Shown: positions 29,004 through 39,107 of the stretch, one piece after another
Position numbering within the stretch: the first letter of the stretch is position 1
Layout of the letters: each line of letters opens with the position of its first letter
Source: Anaerolineales bacterium
GTDB lineage: Bacteria > Chloroflexota > Anaerolineae > Anaerolineales > Villigracilaceae
Direction: 5' to 3'
Assembly: GCA_016789025.1 (NCBI GenBank)
Contig: JAEURC010000013.1
Span: 94-64,093 of the forward strand
Length of the DNA stretch: 64,000 bases
Translations under genes and position numbers: made by a program
Notes under the pieces: generated by a model
The model's input: the letters and a program-made list of their open reading frames with translations, nothing else
The model's database searches: none
Told to the model about the DNA's origin: nothing

Positions 29004-29180
29004 ACAATTTGGGCTCTACCATTTTTAACGTGACAACGCTTTTCAAACACAAAGGGCACGACGGTCACAAAGGAAAAGCCCGTGAAATCAAGGCTCTTTT
29101 CCCCCTTTGTGTACTTGGTGTCCTTTGTGTTAAGGCTCTTTCCCATTAATTACGGGAGAGCCCCAATTTGGAGGTATTCA

Positions 29181-29951
29181 TTGCCACAATTTATCACCGA
29201 TAGTTTGATCGCTGGAATACTCGCAAGTTTCGCCTGCGGGCTGGGCGCGTTGCCGCTTGCCATTAAGGGACTCGATGTTCAGAAACACACGGGCATCGCT
29301 TACGCCGGCGCGGGCGGGCTGATGTTCGCCGCGTCGGTATACAACCTCATCCTGCCGGGGCTGACGCTTCAATCCGCATCCCTTCCATTGAACGAAGCCG
29401 CAACGGTGGTCTTCGGGATTTTGCTCGGCGCGTTATTTTTATCGCAGGCTGATCGTTATTTATCGCCCGAAAGACTCAAACAGGCGAATTGGAAGAAGTT
29501 CGGAAACAAGGCGCAACTGTTGATCTTCATCGCAATGGCAGTTCACAGCATCCCCGAAGGAGTGGCGGTGGGGGTCGGATATTCTTCGGAGGCGGTATAT
29601 TCCAACAACCTTGGAAATTACATCGCGCTCGCCATCGGCATTCATAACATCCCCGAAGGACTCGCGGTCGCTGTGCCGATGCGCGCGGCAGGCGCGTCGA
29701 TCTGGAAGTGTTTTTGGGCGGCGTTCTTCACCAGTCTGCCCCAGCCAATCGCCGCGGTCCCTGCCGCGTATATCTCGTGGCTGTTCCAGCCCATCATGCC
29801 CATCCTGATGGGCTTCGCCGCGGGAGCGATGATCTTCCTCGTCACCCTTGAACTGATCCCCGAAGCGTTACATTCCTCCACGCCGATCAAAGTGGCTTGG
29901 GCGTTCATCATCGGGTTCTGCGTGATGATCCTGGTGCAAATTTTGCTCTAA
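29181..29951 (+). CDS. ZIP family (ZupT-like) metal transporter
   Basis: HSIPEGVAVGVGY and IGIHNIPEGLAVAVP motifs. Start proposed at in-frame TTG 29181, preceded by GGAGG. Track ORF starts at 29082 inside a palindromic element. Confidence 0.8.
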   Translation: MPQFITDSLIAGILASFACGLGALPLAIKGLDVQKHTGIAYAGAGGLMFAASVYNLILPGLTLQSASLPLNEAATVVFGILLGALFLSQADRYLSPERLKQANWKKFGNKAQLLIFIAMAVHSIPEGVAVGVGYSSEAVYSNNLGNYIALAIGIHNIPEGLAVAVPMRAAGASIWKCFWAAFFTSLPQPIAAVPAAYISWLFQPIMPILMGFAAGAMIFLVTLELIPEALHSSTPIKVAWAFIIGFCVMILVQILL

Positions 29952-29968
29952 CAAAAGACATAACCGCC

Positions 29969-31129
29969 TTGCTAACCAAAGACCGAATCTACTTCCCCAA
30001 CCTCAACGGCTTGCGCTTCATCGCCGCGCTGCTCGTCATTGTGCATCACATCGAGCAGATCAAAGACATTTATGGATTGCCGAACAATTTCTCCTCGTCA
30101 TTCATTCAGATCATCGGCGAACTCGGCGTCATCCTCTTCTTCGTCCTCAGCGGATTCCTCATCACGTATCTCTTGCTCGAAGAGGAAAGTAGAACGCAGA
30201 CCATCGCCGTTAAAAATTTTTATCTCCGAAGGATCCTGCGCATCTGGCCCCTCTACTTTTTCATCGTCTTCCTCGCGCTCGCCGTTCTACCGAACGTTCC
30301 GATGTTTGTTCTGCCCGACTACGGCAAGGCGGAAATTTACAAAGACCTCTCTGCAAAAATATTTTTATACGTTTTCTTTCTGCCCAATCTCGTCTCGCCG
30401 CTTCTCGGCGTCGTGCCGTACGCATCGCTGACGTGGTCCATCGGCACGGAGGAACAGTTTTATCTCCTCTGGGCTCCCCTGCTGAAATTCGTCAAACGCT
30501 ACCGAATCGCGTTGATGTTCGTCATCGTGTTCGGATATTTGCTCTTCGCCCGCGCCCTGTTCTCAGACCGCACGAATTTTCTCGTCTATAAATATGAAAT
30601 CAACGCTTTCTGGCAATCGTTCAACATCCCCAGCATGGCGATCGGCGGATTCTTCGCGCTCCTGCTCCATTCCAATCATCGCGCGCTGAAAATTTTTCTC
30701 AACAACTATCTTTTCTATTTCGCGCTCGTCTTCACATCCATCATGTTGTATCGCGGCGTGTACTTTCCGCACATCACGGTCAACGATCTTCCGTTCCCGT
30801 ATCTCTACAAGGAATTTTATTCGGTCTGGTTCGGCATCCTCATTTTGAATTTCGCCGCGAATAAAAATATTTTTCTTTCTTTGGAAGGAAGACCGATTCG
30901 CTATCTTGGCAAAATTTCATACGGACTCTACATGTACCATCCCATCGCCATCGTCCTCGCGCTTCAGACGACGGGTTGGCTTGGTTCGCCTTCGGACGCC
31001 TTTCTCTATCCCCTCACCTTCGCATTGACGATTCTCCTCGCGGGCGTGTCGTACAAATATTACGAGTCGTACTTCCTCAATTTCAAAACGAACTACACCA
31101 GCATCAAAAGCGGAGACGTGAACACGTAG
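29969..31129 (+). CDS. Acyltransferase family 3 (membrane O-acyltransferase)
   Basis: FPNLNGLRFIAALLVIVHHI and multiple TM segments. Track ORF starts at 29897 and overlaps the ZIP gene, so in-frame TTG 29969 is more plausible. Confidence 0.75.
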   Translation: MLTKDRIYFPNLNGLRFIAALLVIVHHIEQIKDIYGLPNNFSSSFIQIIGELGVILFFVLSGFLITYLLLEEESRTQTIAVKNFYLRRILRIWPLYFFIVFLALAVLPNVPMFVLPDYGKAEIYKDLSAKIFLYVFFLPNLVSPLLGVVPYASLTWSIGTEEQFYLLWAPLLKFVKRYRIALMFVIVFGYLLFARALFSDRTNFLVYKYEINAFWQSFNIPSMAIGGFFALLLHSNHRALKIFLNNYLFYFALVFTSIMLYRGVYFPHITVNDLPFPYLYKEFYSVWFGILILNFAANKNIFLSLEGRPIRYLGKISYGLYMYHPIAIVLALQTTGWLGSPSDAFLYPLTFALTILLAGVSYKYYESYFLNFKTNYTSIKSGDVNT

Positions 31130-31324
31130 GGACGTACCTCTGTGTCCGCCCTGATAGCGATGATCGTCAACACGACGAGGGAGATGAACGTTGCAGGTTG
31201 GAGGGAATGCGAATCTGGTCGTGTTGAATCAGCCGAATGTGCTCGAAGCCCTGCGCGAACATTCCGCGCCGAGGGTTGTGGTGAGTCATGGAAAGGTAGT
31301 TGACCAAACCAAAATGGAGTCAAT

Positions 31325-31663
31325 GTGGAAACAATAACCTGGGACGAATTCGCCAAAGTCGAACTGCGCGTGGGACGGGTGATCTCTGCCAAACCTTTCT
31401 CCGAAGCGCGGAAGCCTGCCTACATCCTTGAAGTGGATTTTGGCGAGGAACTCGGCATCAAGAAATCGAGCGCGCAACTGACGGCGTTGTACAAACCCGA
31501 AGAACTCGTTGGGAAACTCGTTGTCGCGGTGGTGAATTTCCCCAAGAAGCAGATCGGTCCGATCATGTCGGAGTGTTTGGTGACAGGTTTCGCCAACGAA
31601 AACGGCGAAGTCGCGCTGTGCGTACCTGATAAGTCCGTGCCGTTGGGGAGTAAGTTGTTTTGA
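31325..31663 (+). CDS. csaA: tRNA-binding domain protein (CsaA/Trbp111-like)
   Basis: WDEFAKVELRVGRVISAKPFSEARKPAYILEVDFGEE...VVAVVNFPKKQIG. GTG start with GGAG upstream. Confidence 0.8.
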   Translation: METITWDEFAKVELRVGRVISAKPFSEARKPAYILEVDFGEELGIKKSSAQLTALYKPEELVGKLVVAVVNFPKKQIGPIMSECLVTGFANENGEVALCVPDKSVPLGSKLF

Positions 31664-31821
31664 GGCAAGAAGCGGGATTATAATTTCAGCAGTCACTATA
31701 ATATATGGCGGTATACATAGTCCCCTTCAGGGGAACGTCCCAAACGAGTTAGGATGTTATGCCGTCGCCGTATAACTCCTAGTTCGGCGGCAAAAACCAT
31801 AGAGACAAACCTCAGCAGTAT

Positions 31822-32403
31822 ATGATGAAAATCTCGTTTGGATGTTTTTGGCTGGCAGGGTTATTACTTCTAACTGGGTGCGCATCTACGTTTTTCACAC
31901 CCGCACCTACAGTATTTGTTACAACAGCCACGCCAGAAAAACTTCAGTTAGTAAATGGCAGACTAAATGCCTGCTTGTTGCTCACCACTTCAGAAATCGA
32001 AAGTGCTTTAACGACGAAAACAACTCCTGACCCATTCGCCTTTGATGGAGGCACAGGCTGCCGATACGATTTCAGCGCTGAGGAATCTCCTGCCGTTGTC
32101 GTGTTTGTTTACAATGAAATTACGGTGGAATCATTGGGCTTACAATGGACAGTGGATGATTGGTTTGAGATAGAAAAGAAAAAGAATTTAGAATTTGCCA
32201 CCCAAGTAAGTCAAGTTAAGGTCGAAGATGTCTCTGGGCTGGGTGACAAAGCCTACTATAGAGATGGACGTCATGTAAACCTATATATTTTAGAAAATGG
32301 GATTGAGTATGTATTCACTACTACAACGCCAGAGTATGGAGGGAAAGGATCCCTTCCAGCAATAATTTCTCTGGCTAAGATAGCATTGCAGAGAATGCCA
32401 TAA
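31822..32403 (+). CDS. Hypothetical lipoprotein (AT-richer islet)
   Basis: MMKISFGCFWLAGLLLLTGC lipobox. No family recognised. Confidence 0.6.
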   Translation: MMKISFGCFWLAGLLLLTGCASTFFTPAPTVFVTTATPEKLQLVNGRLNACLLLTTSEIESALTTKTTPDPFAFDGGTGCRYDFSAEESPAVVVFVYNEITVESLGLQWTVDDWFEIEKKKNLEFATQVSQVKVEDVSGLGDKAYYRDGRHVNLYILENGIEYVFTTTTPEYGGKGSLPAIISLAKIALQRMP

Positions 32404-32544
32404 TTATGTCTTTTGAGAAACTTGTACCGAAGCAAAGTCTATCTCATTGCCGCCGAACAAAGCGTACTAAGAAACAAAAACACGGGTGGTTTTTAAGCCA
32501 AATTCAAACTCCCCATAACCTAAAAAAGGCGTCAAGACGGTTTG

Positions 32545-32587
32545 CAAAAAAACGACGCCGAGAAAGACCCCTCGGTCTTATTCGGCA
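32545..32587 (-). terminator. Rho-independent terminator of the nucleoside-kinase gene
   Basis: On the minus strand: GCCGAATAAGACC GAGG GGTCTTTCTCGGC followed by GTCGTTTTTTTG. Confidence 0.65.
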
Positions 32588-32606
32588 TGAACGACATGAC
32601 AAACTG

Positions 32607-34307
32607 CTATTTATTCTTCCACACCGTAAAATCTTTCAAGATCGAACCGCCAAGAAATTCACGCAAAATCGAAGTCTCTGGCACGAGATTCGGGTCAAGC
32701 GGCACGAACCATTCGAGGAACGCGAGCAGGCGTTTGGCTTCGATGAATTCGGGCGTGCCGAATTGCACCTGGCGGAGCAGAGGCTCGGCGAGCGATTTCA
32801 ACGCCGCCATTTCATACACCAACGCAGAGTTGAACATCACATCCGCATTTTCTTGATTCGGGAAGATATATTTCGCTTCGCCGCGCCGCACCGACTCCCA
32901 GCGCGAGATAGTCTGCGAGGCGGTGTAGCCGCGTTCACGCGCGTCGCGCACGGTGCGCCTCAGCAGGCGCGTGTCGGTGGTAGAGACTCGATTATGGCGA
33001 TCCAGATTCAATTGCGTCAGAGCCGAGATGTAGATGCGGAACGCCTCGCCGCTGAGACTAGGCGGTATGAGTCGCGGGTCGAGTCCGTGAATCCCTTCGA
33101 GGATGATCGGCTGTCCGCGCGCGAGGCGGATGATCTCCCCCGCCTCCCGCAACCCGGTCTTGAAGTTATAACGCGGCAGTTGGACTTCATCGCCATGAAT
33201 CAATTTTTGCAAATGATCGGCAAGCAACGCAAGGTCAAGCGCTTCAAGCGCCTCGAAATCGGGTTGGCCGTCTTCGCCGAGCGGGGTATGGTTGCGCGAC
33301 AGAAAATAATTATCGAGTTCCAGCGGAAACGGTGAAATCCCCAGCGCGAGCAATTGCACGGTAAGGCGCCGCGAAAATGTAGTTTTCCCCGCGGACGATG
33401 GACCTGCAACCAGAATCACATGCGCGCGATCGATTCGATCCGCAACCTGACCCGCAATCTGTGAAAGCCGCTGTTCGTGAAACGCCTCCGAAACCATCAC
33501 GATCTCATCGCCATGACCCGATTCGATGGCATGGTTCAACGAGCCGACATTCGAAATGCCAAGTTTCTCGAGCCAGCCGCCGTATTGCAAAAAGGTCGCC
33601 AGCAGTTTCGGGTATTCGAAGGTCGGCGAAAGTTCATTGGGGTTCCGCCGACTCGGATACAACAAGGTAAAGCCATCGCCAGCGGGGACGAGATCGAACC
33701 AGCGCAAATACCCCGTAGACGGAACCATGTAGCCGTGATGATAATCCATGCGTTCGTTGAGACTGTACAGTGTGAGATAAGCCTTCTTGCGATATTTCAA
33801 CAACTGCACTTTGTCTTCCTCGCCGCGCGCCAAAAAATAATCCATCGCCTCTTTCAACGGAACTTCTTTTCGCGCGAAGGGCAGGTCGTCTTTGACAAAC
33901 TTTTGCATCAGGACCTTTAACACACCCAGTTCAGAGATCGACAACGGCTCGCGCCCTTTCACCTCGCAATAAAACCCGCCGGTGGCAACGGAATGGTCGA
34001 TGAACAACGTTGCCAGCGGATACATATCCGCGAACACCATCTCCAGCAAAAATGTGAGGGAGCGCCGGTAGATGCGCGTGCCGTCCGGCGTAGACATGGT
34101 GACTGGGATAACGCGCGAATCCATTTCGACGGGGAAAGTTAATTCACGCAGGTTGCCATTGACCACCGCCCCAACAAGTTGCGAATCATGGTCGATCACA
34201 GATAGAAAATCCCCCACCATGCTCCCGCGCGGGCCAGCGATCACGCGCCCATCGGGGAGGTGGATTTCGACTTCATGTCTAGGGGAGACAAGATTGAATT
34301 CTTTCAT
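32607..34307 (-). CDS. Uridine/nucleoside kinase family ATPase with N-terminal TGS/ThrRS-like extension
   Basis: Walker A VAGPSSAGKTTFSRRL in the C-terminal half. Long N-terminal domain as in fused ThrRS-like/uridine kinase proteins. Confidence 0.65.
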   Translation of the reverse strand: MKEFNLVSPRHEVEIHLPDGRVIAGPRGSMVGDFLSVIDHDSQLVGAVVNGNLRELTFPVEMDSRVIPVTMSTPDGTRIYRRSLTFLLEMVFADMYPLATLFIDHSVATGGFYCEVKGREPLSISELGVLKVLMQKFVKDDLPFARKEVPLKEAMDYFLARGEEDKVQLLKYRKKAYLTLYSLNERMDYHHGYMVPSTGYLRWFDLVPAGDGFTLLYPSRRNPNELSPTFEYPKLLATFLQYGGWLEKLGISNVGSLNHAIESGHGDEIVMVSEAFHEQRLSQIAGQVADRIDRAHVILVAGPSSAGKTTFSRRLTVQLLALGISPFPLELDNYFLSRNHTPLGEDGQPDFEALEALDLALLADHLQKLIHGDEVQLPRYNFKTGLREAGEIIRLARGQPIILEGIHGLDPRLIPPSLSGEAFRIYISALTQLNLDRHNRVSTTDTRLLRRTVRDARERGYTASQTISRWESVRRGEAKYIFPNQENADVMFNSALVYEMAALKSLAEPLLRQVQFGTPEFIEAKRLLAFLEWFVPLDPNLVPETSILREFLGGSILKDFTVWKNK

Positions 34308-34345
34308 CTTTATTCTTTAATTTCCGTCAAAGGTCAACCTGACTT

Positions 34346-35398
34346 TCAACCTTCGGCTTTCGACCAGAATTTCTCAGGCTTCTTTGCAAACTCATCCAGC
34401 GGAATCTCTTTGCGGACCAGCGCGAGCAGGGTTTCGGTGAGCATTTTATTCACAGGCGTTGGCGCGTTGAATTTTAAACCAGCACGGACAACCTCGCCAT
34501 GCAGATACTCCACTTCGCTTTTGCCGCGACCGGAGTGCAAGTCGATGTGAAAGGATGGCATTTTGTTGCCGCGTCCCGCTCCTGCCGCGCGGCTGAGGAA
34601 CGGTTTCGAGAGCCACAACGGAAGCCGCGTTGCAAACGCCAACGCGCGCACCGGCGTGCCGGGCAGGTCAACCACTTCGATGCCCTGCGCTTCCATCACG
34701 GCGAGACATTCGCGCAACATCTCAACTTCCAATTGATACAATCTGCGATTCGACAGAACTTCGGCAGCGCTCATATCCAGAATCGCTGAACTCGGGTTGG
34801 CGATCAGGTTAGTCAACAGTTTCGACCATTTCATCGAAGCCGCATCATCGAACAAACGCGGGTTGAGCAGGGCATTTTCAAAAGCCACAAGCAAACCCGG
34901 AACAAAGGAATGTCCTTTTGCAATGCCGATGCCGCGCAGCTTCTCAAGAACAATATCGCCCGGTCCGCGTTTGCCGACGGCGGTGGTCACTGTGCCGTAG
35001 ATCACTTTCTCTTGGCCGACAACTTCCGCAATCGCTTGTTCATTTGAAATACCGTTGGACAAACATAAGATTGGCGGCATTTTATCCGCGTAGGGCTTGA
35101 TGGTTTCGAGCGCGGCAGAGGTGTCGTACGATTTCAAGGCAAAGAGGACCAGGTCGAAGGGTCCGTAGCGAAGCGCGTCTTCCATGGAAGAAACAAAGAC
35201 CGCCGAAGAAGAATCCACGCGAAAGGCGTCTTTCGTCTTTCGCCTTTCATCCAGCGTAAGATCGAGTCGCAATCCGCGCTCGCGCAGTTCGTTGATTTTG
35301 GCGGCGCGTTCGAGAAAAACCAGCTGGCTCCCTGCTAATGCGAGGCTGCCGCCAACGTACGCGCCGATAGCGCCCGCGCCAAACACCAGGACTTTCAT
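34346..35398 (-). CDS. Ketopantoate reductase (ApbA/PanE) family oxidoreductase
   Basis: MKVLVFGAGAIGAYVGG at ATG 35398. The family-typical C-terminal helical domain is present. Confidence 0.7.
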   Translation of the reverse strand: MKVLVFGAGAIGAYVGGSLALAGSQLVFLERAAKINELRERGLRLDLTLDERRKTKDAFRVDSSSAVFVSSMEDALRYGPFDLVLFALKSYDTSAALETIKPYADKMPPILCLSNGISNEQAIAEVVGQEKVIYGTVTTAVGKRGPGDIVLEKLRGIGIAKGHSFVPGLLVAFENALLNPRLFDDAASMKWSKLLTNLIANPSSAILDMSAAEVLSNRRLYQLEVEMLRECLAVMEAQGIEVVDLPGTPVRALAFATRLPLWLSKPFLSRAAGAGRGNKMPSFHIDLHSGRGKSEVEYLHGEVVRAGLKFNAPTPVNKMLTETLLALVRKEIPLDEFAKKPEKFWSKAEG

Positions 35399-35446
35399 AC
35401 GCGCGTTGATGTGAATTGCAGTGTCGGGAGTAGCCAAAGAGATTTC

Positions 35447-36088
35447 CTATTTCAAATTCTGCGTGTGCGCGCGGTCGTTGAGCGCATCGATCACCCAACG
35501 ATGCAAATGAGGTTGATAGATCACGCGCGCGAAGGCTGTGTTTTCGAAGCGGAAGCGCACGCCCGAGGGGTCGGCATGATGCGCCACGCCGACGATGGCG
35601 TGCATGAGTTGATTCAACAGACCGCCATGCGATACGATGAGATAACTGCCAGCGGGGCGCTTCAACAAATTATGCAACGCCTGCCCCGCTCGTAAAAATA
35701 ATTCCCAATCGCCTTCGCCGTCGCCGCCGATCGAATCGTACGGGGTAACGTAAGATGGTCTTGGTCGTTGTTGGACTTCGGCAGGCGTTAACCCCTCCAT
35801 CTCGCCAATATCGCGCTCGAGCCAGATCTCGTCCAGTTCAAGTTTGACATCCAACGCGGAGGCGACAATCTCAGCGGTTTCTTTTGCGCGTTGCAACGTG
35901 CTCGAAATGGCGAGGTCGAATCTCGCGCCTTCCGACTTCCAACGACGCGCCAACGCAACTGCCTGCGCCTTTCCGCGTTCGGTCAGCGGATAATCAGACT
36001 GCCCCTGCCAACGCGACTCGGCATTGCCGGTCGATTCGCCGTGACGCAAGAATACAAATTGATAGACTGGTTTCAATGTTGCGCTCAA
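35447..36088 (-). CDS. Histidine phosphatase (phosphoglycerate mutase-like) family protein
   Basis: FVFLRHGESTGN catalytic RHG motif, with a later SHGG. Confidence 0.8.
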   Translation of the reverse strand: MSATLKPVYQFVFLRHGESTGNAESRWQGQSDYPLTERGKAQAVALARRWKSEGARFDLAISSTLQRAKETAEIVASALDVKLELDEIWLERDIGEMEGLTPAEVQQRPRPSYVTPYDSIGGDGEGDWELFLRAGQALHNLLKRPAGSYLIVSHGGLLNQLMHAIVGVAHHADPSGVRFRFENTAFARVIYQPHLHRWVIDALNDRAHTQNLK

Positions 36089-36089
36089 T

Positions 36090-37064
36090 CTACTCCTCTT
36101 TCTTCAATAAATAGACGGGTCTGCGTTTCACTTCCTGAAAAATATACCCGACATAAACGCCAATAAAGCCTAACAAGATCATGATGATTCCGCTGGCGAT
36201 GAGCAGGACCGCCATCAACGAACTCCACCCGGGGGCAATCACCTGCTCGGTATTCTTTGTGACAGACAGCCAAATCACCCAACTCAACTGCACAGCCGCC
36301 AGAGCAAAGAACACCAGCCCCGAACTCAACCCAATATATAACGGGATCAACGAAAAGGAAAAGATCGCATCCGATGCGAGGCGAAACATTTTGCCCAATG
36401 AATATTTCGAGCGCCCTGCCACGCGCGGCGGCTGGTGATACGGCAGGATGACGCTCCGAAACCCCATCCATGTGATCATGCCGCGCAGAAAACGGTGGAA
36501 CTCGGGCATGGCTTTGAGCGCGTCCACTGCCCGACGCGTCATTGCGCGAAAGTCCGCCGCGCCGGCGATCATTTGCGTTCCACTGATAGTGTTGAGGAAG
36601 CGGTAGAACGTGTCCGATGACCACTTTTTGAAGAACGTTGGCTGTGCCTCCGCGCCGCGTTGTCCCTGCACAATATCGTAACCATGCCCCACCAATTCGA
36701 TCATTTCGGGAATCAACTCCGGCGGATGCTGACCGTCGCCATCCATGCTGATGACAATGTCGCCGCTGGAGTGATCCAGCCCCGCGGTGAGCGCCGCCTG
36801 GTGACCGAAATTGCGACTCAACGTGAACACGCTCACGCGCCGGTCAGTCTGCTTCAACGACTGGAGCGACTCCGCCGTCCCGTCATCCGAGCCGTCGTCC
36901 ACGTAGAGGAAGCGAAACTCGTGCGGCAGCGTATCCACCACCCCGCGAATCTGCACGTGGATTTTCTCGATCACTCCCGCCTCATTGAAGACCGGAATGA
37001 CAAGGTCAACTTTGTATTTACGTTTTTTCGTAGGCATCAGGACGATTCTACCCCATGAAATCAA
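36090..37064 (-). CDS. GT2 polyprenyl-phosphate glycosyltransferase (GtrB/ArnC/DPM1-like)
   Basis: VIPVFNE, YVDDGSDDGT, DGDGQHPPE, and two C-terminal TM helices. Alternative start at ATG 37037. Confidence 0.8.
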   Translation of the reverse strand: MISWGRIVLMPTKKRKYKVDLVIPVFNEAGVIEKIHVQIRGVVDTLPHEFRFLYVDDGSDDGTAESLQSLKQTDRRVSVFTLSRNFGHQAALTAGLDHSSGDIVISMDGDGQHPPELIPEMIELVGHGYDIVQGQRGAEAQPTFFKKWSSDTFYRFLNTISGTQMIAGAADFRAMTRRAVDALKAMPEFHRFLRGMITWMGFRSVILPYHQPPRVAGRSKYSLGKMFRLASDAIFSFSLIPLYIGLSSGLVFFALAAVQLSWVIWLSVTKNTEQVIAPGWSSLMAVLLIASGIIMILLGFIGVYVGYIFQEVKRRPVYLLKKEE

Positions 37065-39088
37065 TCATGCTTGCACAGAGATTCTGCCAGCAGATCGCGA
37101 TCATATTCGGCAGGAGTCCCGACAAGCGGTTTTAGCTCCTGGCAGATGCTTTGATATGTCTTTTTATCCACGCGGATGAGGAGCGCGATGCGTTTTGCCA
37201 TTTTCTGATCGCCAACATGGATGTAGGCTTCAAGGGCGGGCAACCATTCCGACACCTCATAAGGCTGATAGCCAAGAGTAATCGCCTCATCCGCAAATTT
37301 TGCCGCGCTCTCCCAATCCTTGCGTTGGCGGGCGAGGTCCATTTGTTGGTAGAAATAACACCAATCGTGGCTGGGCTCATCCCCAAAAATTTCACTCGGG
37401 GGAACAGCCTGCGCCCCGGAGGGGTCGATCAAGTTCGCGTCCGAAAATGAAGCGAGGCGTTGCACATCCAGCCGCTCTTGGGCGGTCAGTTCCGCGCGCG
37501 CGCCATCGATCACATGCAGGCAGGAAAATGCCGAAGGCTGTGTCACCAACAAAAGTTTGGCGTAATCGCGCTTCACGGTTACGGTTCCACGCACGAGCCG
37601 CTCCTCCTGCGCGCCGAGAACCGCCTCAAGCCACAGATCATCGTACATCACCTGTCCCGCGATTTTCAATTCCTGGCGCGGGTGATACACAAGGTTGATC
37701 GGACTCCACACTTCGTACTCCTCCGCGAGCGCGTAATTGCCCGGCAAGACCAGCACAACTGTTGTTCCATCTTCGATCTGCGGCGCGCGCCACGCAAGTT
37801 GCCACATAGCGTCGGTTTCCACCCGCCAAAACCTTCGATAATAATTTGCCGAGAATAATTGAGTGAGCACGCCGCTCATCAACAGCAGGCATAGCGCCGC
37901 CCAACGTAAACGTCCCTTCAACCCATAAAAAATAATTCCGCCCATGAACAACGCCACACCCGCCGCCGATTGATAGGTATAACGATCCCATTGGATGTCA
38001 AAAATCACATTCCGTCCCGCGAGGACGATCGGCAATGTGGTGACGAAGATGATCGCCGCGCCGAGCCACAGCCAGTCGCGGCTTGCTTGCGGATTTTCAC
38101 CCGCTTCGCCCGACGGGGAAGCCTGCCCTTGCATGAGCAAGAGGTATGCCCCTGCGAGCATCAACACGATCAACGCGAGCCCAGTTGCCATCGCGGTGAT
38201 GCGCGCATCTCCCACGCTCGTGGAAAACTGATAGAAAGGGACACCCCATGCCAGCAGGCTGGTCTCGATCAAATCGAGGATCATTTCCACGGCGAGGTGA
38301 AGCGCGCTGGTCAACGAAAGCGGACCGAAGTTGCTCAGCACCACATCCACATTCGTGGCGCGACGCGTGCTTTCGAACAGGAACAAACGCCAGAATAAGA
38401 ATGCCGCGGCAAACATGAGGTAGGGGATTGCGGCAACGACCGTCTTGCGCAGAGACTCCCGGATGGTCAACTTTCCATCACGTTTCAGCGCGTACCAGAT
38501 CAAAATAAGCCGCGCGGCTTCGATGCCGATCAATGCTTCGTAGATGAAAATGCTGAGGGCAGCGAGCAAGATCGAGGCAATAATGAGAATCGCTGTACGG
38601 AAGACAGACGCGCCTTTCAGCGCCAGCACCGCGCACGCCAACGACGCCATTGCCGCGCCGTACGCCAGCAACAAATTCTTGAAGGTAGCCGCATTCGGTT
38701 GTTGATAAAAGCCCGGATACACCACAAACAGCAACGCGATCAGGGTGGTCTCGATCTTCCGTTCTTTCCAAACCGTTCGCAATAACCAGAGGAAAGCCAG
38801 CGCGCTGAACACTTTGATGATTAGCGCGTACACGTGCCAGTTCAATGGAGAATTGCCCAGCAGGTTGTAATCCAGCGCGTAGAGCCACCCAATGAACGGA
38901 CGATCTCCCTGAAAGAGGCTCATGATTCCCTGCGCCCCGCGCGCCTGCGCCGTCCAGATCAAGTACCAATCGTCACGATAAAAACCGAGCGAAGGGATGA
39001 GTGGACCGTACGTTAGCAGGGTAACGATCACCACAAGAGCGGCTGAAAGCCAGCCCTCCAGGCGGGGGGGAATCCTCGGGAACTTCAT
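37061..39088 (-). CDS. Polytopic membrane protein, putative GT-C fold glycosyltransferase (ArnT/PMT-like) with C-terminal TPR-like domain
   Basis: About 12 or more hydrophobic segments, an acidic first-loop motif GFYRDDWY, and a soluble helical C-terminus. Confidence 0.5.
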   Translation of the reverse strand: MKFPRIPPRLEGWLSAALVVIVTLLTYGPLIPSLGFYRDDWYLIWTAQARGAQGIMSLFQGDRPFIGWLYALDYNLLGNSPLNWHVYALIIKVFSALAFLWLLRTVWKERKIETTLIALLFVVYPGFYQQPNAATFKNLLLAYGAAMASLACAVLALKGASVFRTAILIIASILLAALSIFIYEALIGIEAARLILIWYALKRDGKLTIRESLRKTVVAAIPYLMFAAAFLFWRLFLFESTRRATNVDVVLSNFGPLSLTSALHLAVEMILDLIETSLLAWGVPFYQFSTSVGDARITAMATGLALIVLMLAGAYLLLMQGQASPSGEAGENPQASRDWLWLGAAIIFVTTLPIVLAGRNVIFDIQWDRYTYQSAAGVALFMGGIIFYGLKGRLRWAALCLLLMSGVLTQLFSANYYRRFWRVETDAMWQLAWRAPQIEDGTTVVLVLPGNYALAEEYEVWSPINLVYHPRQELKIAGQVMYDDLWLEAVLGAQEERLVRGTVTVKRDYAKLLLVTQPSAFSCLHVIDGARAELTAQERLDVQRLASFSDANLIDPSGAQAVPPSEIFGDEPSHDWCYFYQQMDLARQRKDWESAAKFADEAITLGYQPYEVSEWLPALEAYIHVGDQKMAKRIALLIRVDKKTYQSICQELKPLVGTPAEYDRDLLAESLCKHD

Positions 39089-39107
39089 TTCTATCTATTC
39101 TCCTCGA

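Noticed and set aside
31664-31821. Possible small RNA or riboswitch upstream of the lipoprotein gene (TATAAT-like box, CCCCT TCA GGGGA hairpin, GUCGCCG...CGGCGGC stem)
   Set aside because: I could not match it to any riboswitch or sRNA consensus I know. The structures are short and could be chance.
32406-33335. 309-aa + strand ORF
   Set aside because: It lies entirely antisense to the well-supported nucleoside-kinase gene (Walker A and other motifs on the minus strand). The product is R/H/Q-rich and low-complexity, and it has no ribosome-binding site. This is a typical shadow ORF of GC-rich DNA.
36090-37064. Treating over-extended track starts as real (for example 629..1933, 14603..15964, 45883..46662, 56355..57053, 56965..58341)
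   Set aside because: Internal ATG codons with Shine-Dalgarno sequences, signal peptides starting at the internal Met, or overlaps with upstream genes argue for shorter genes. The coordinates in the feature list were adjusted accordingly.
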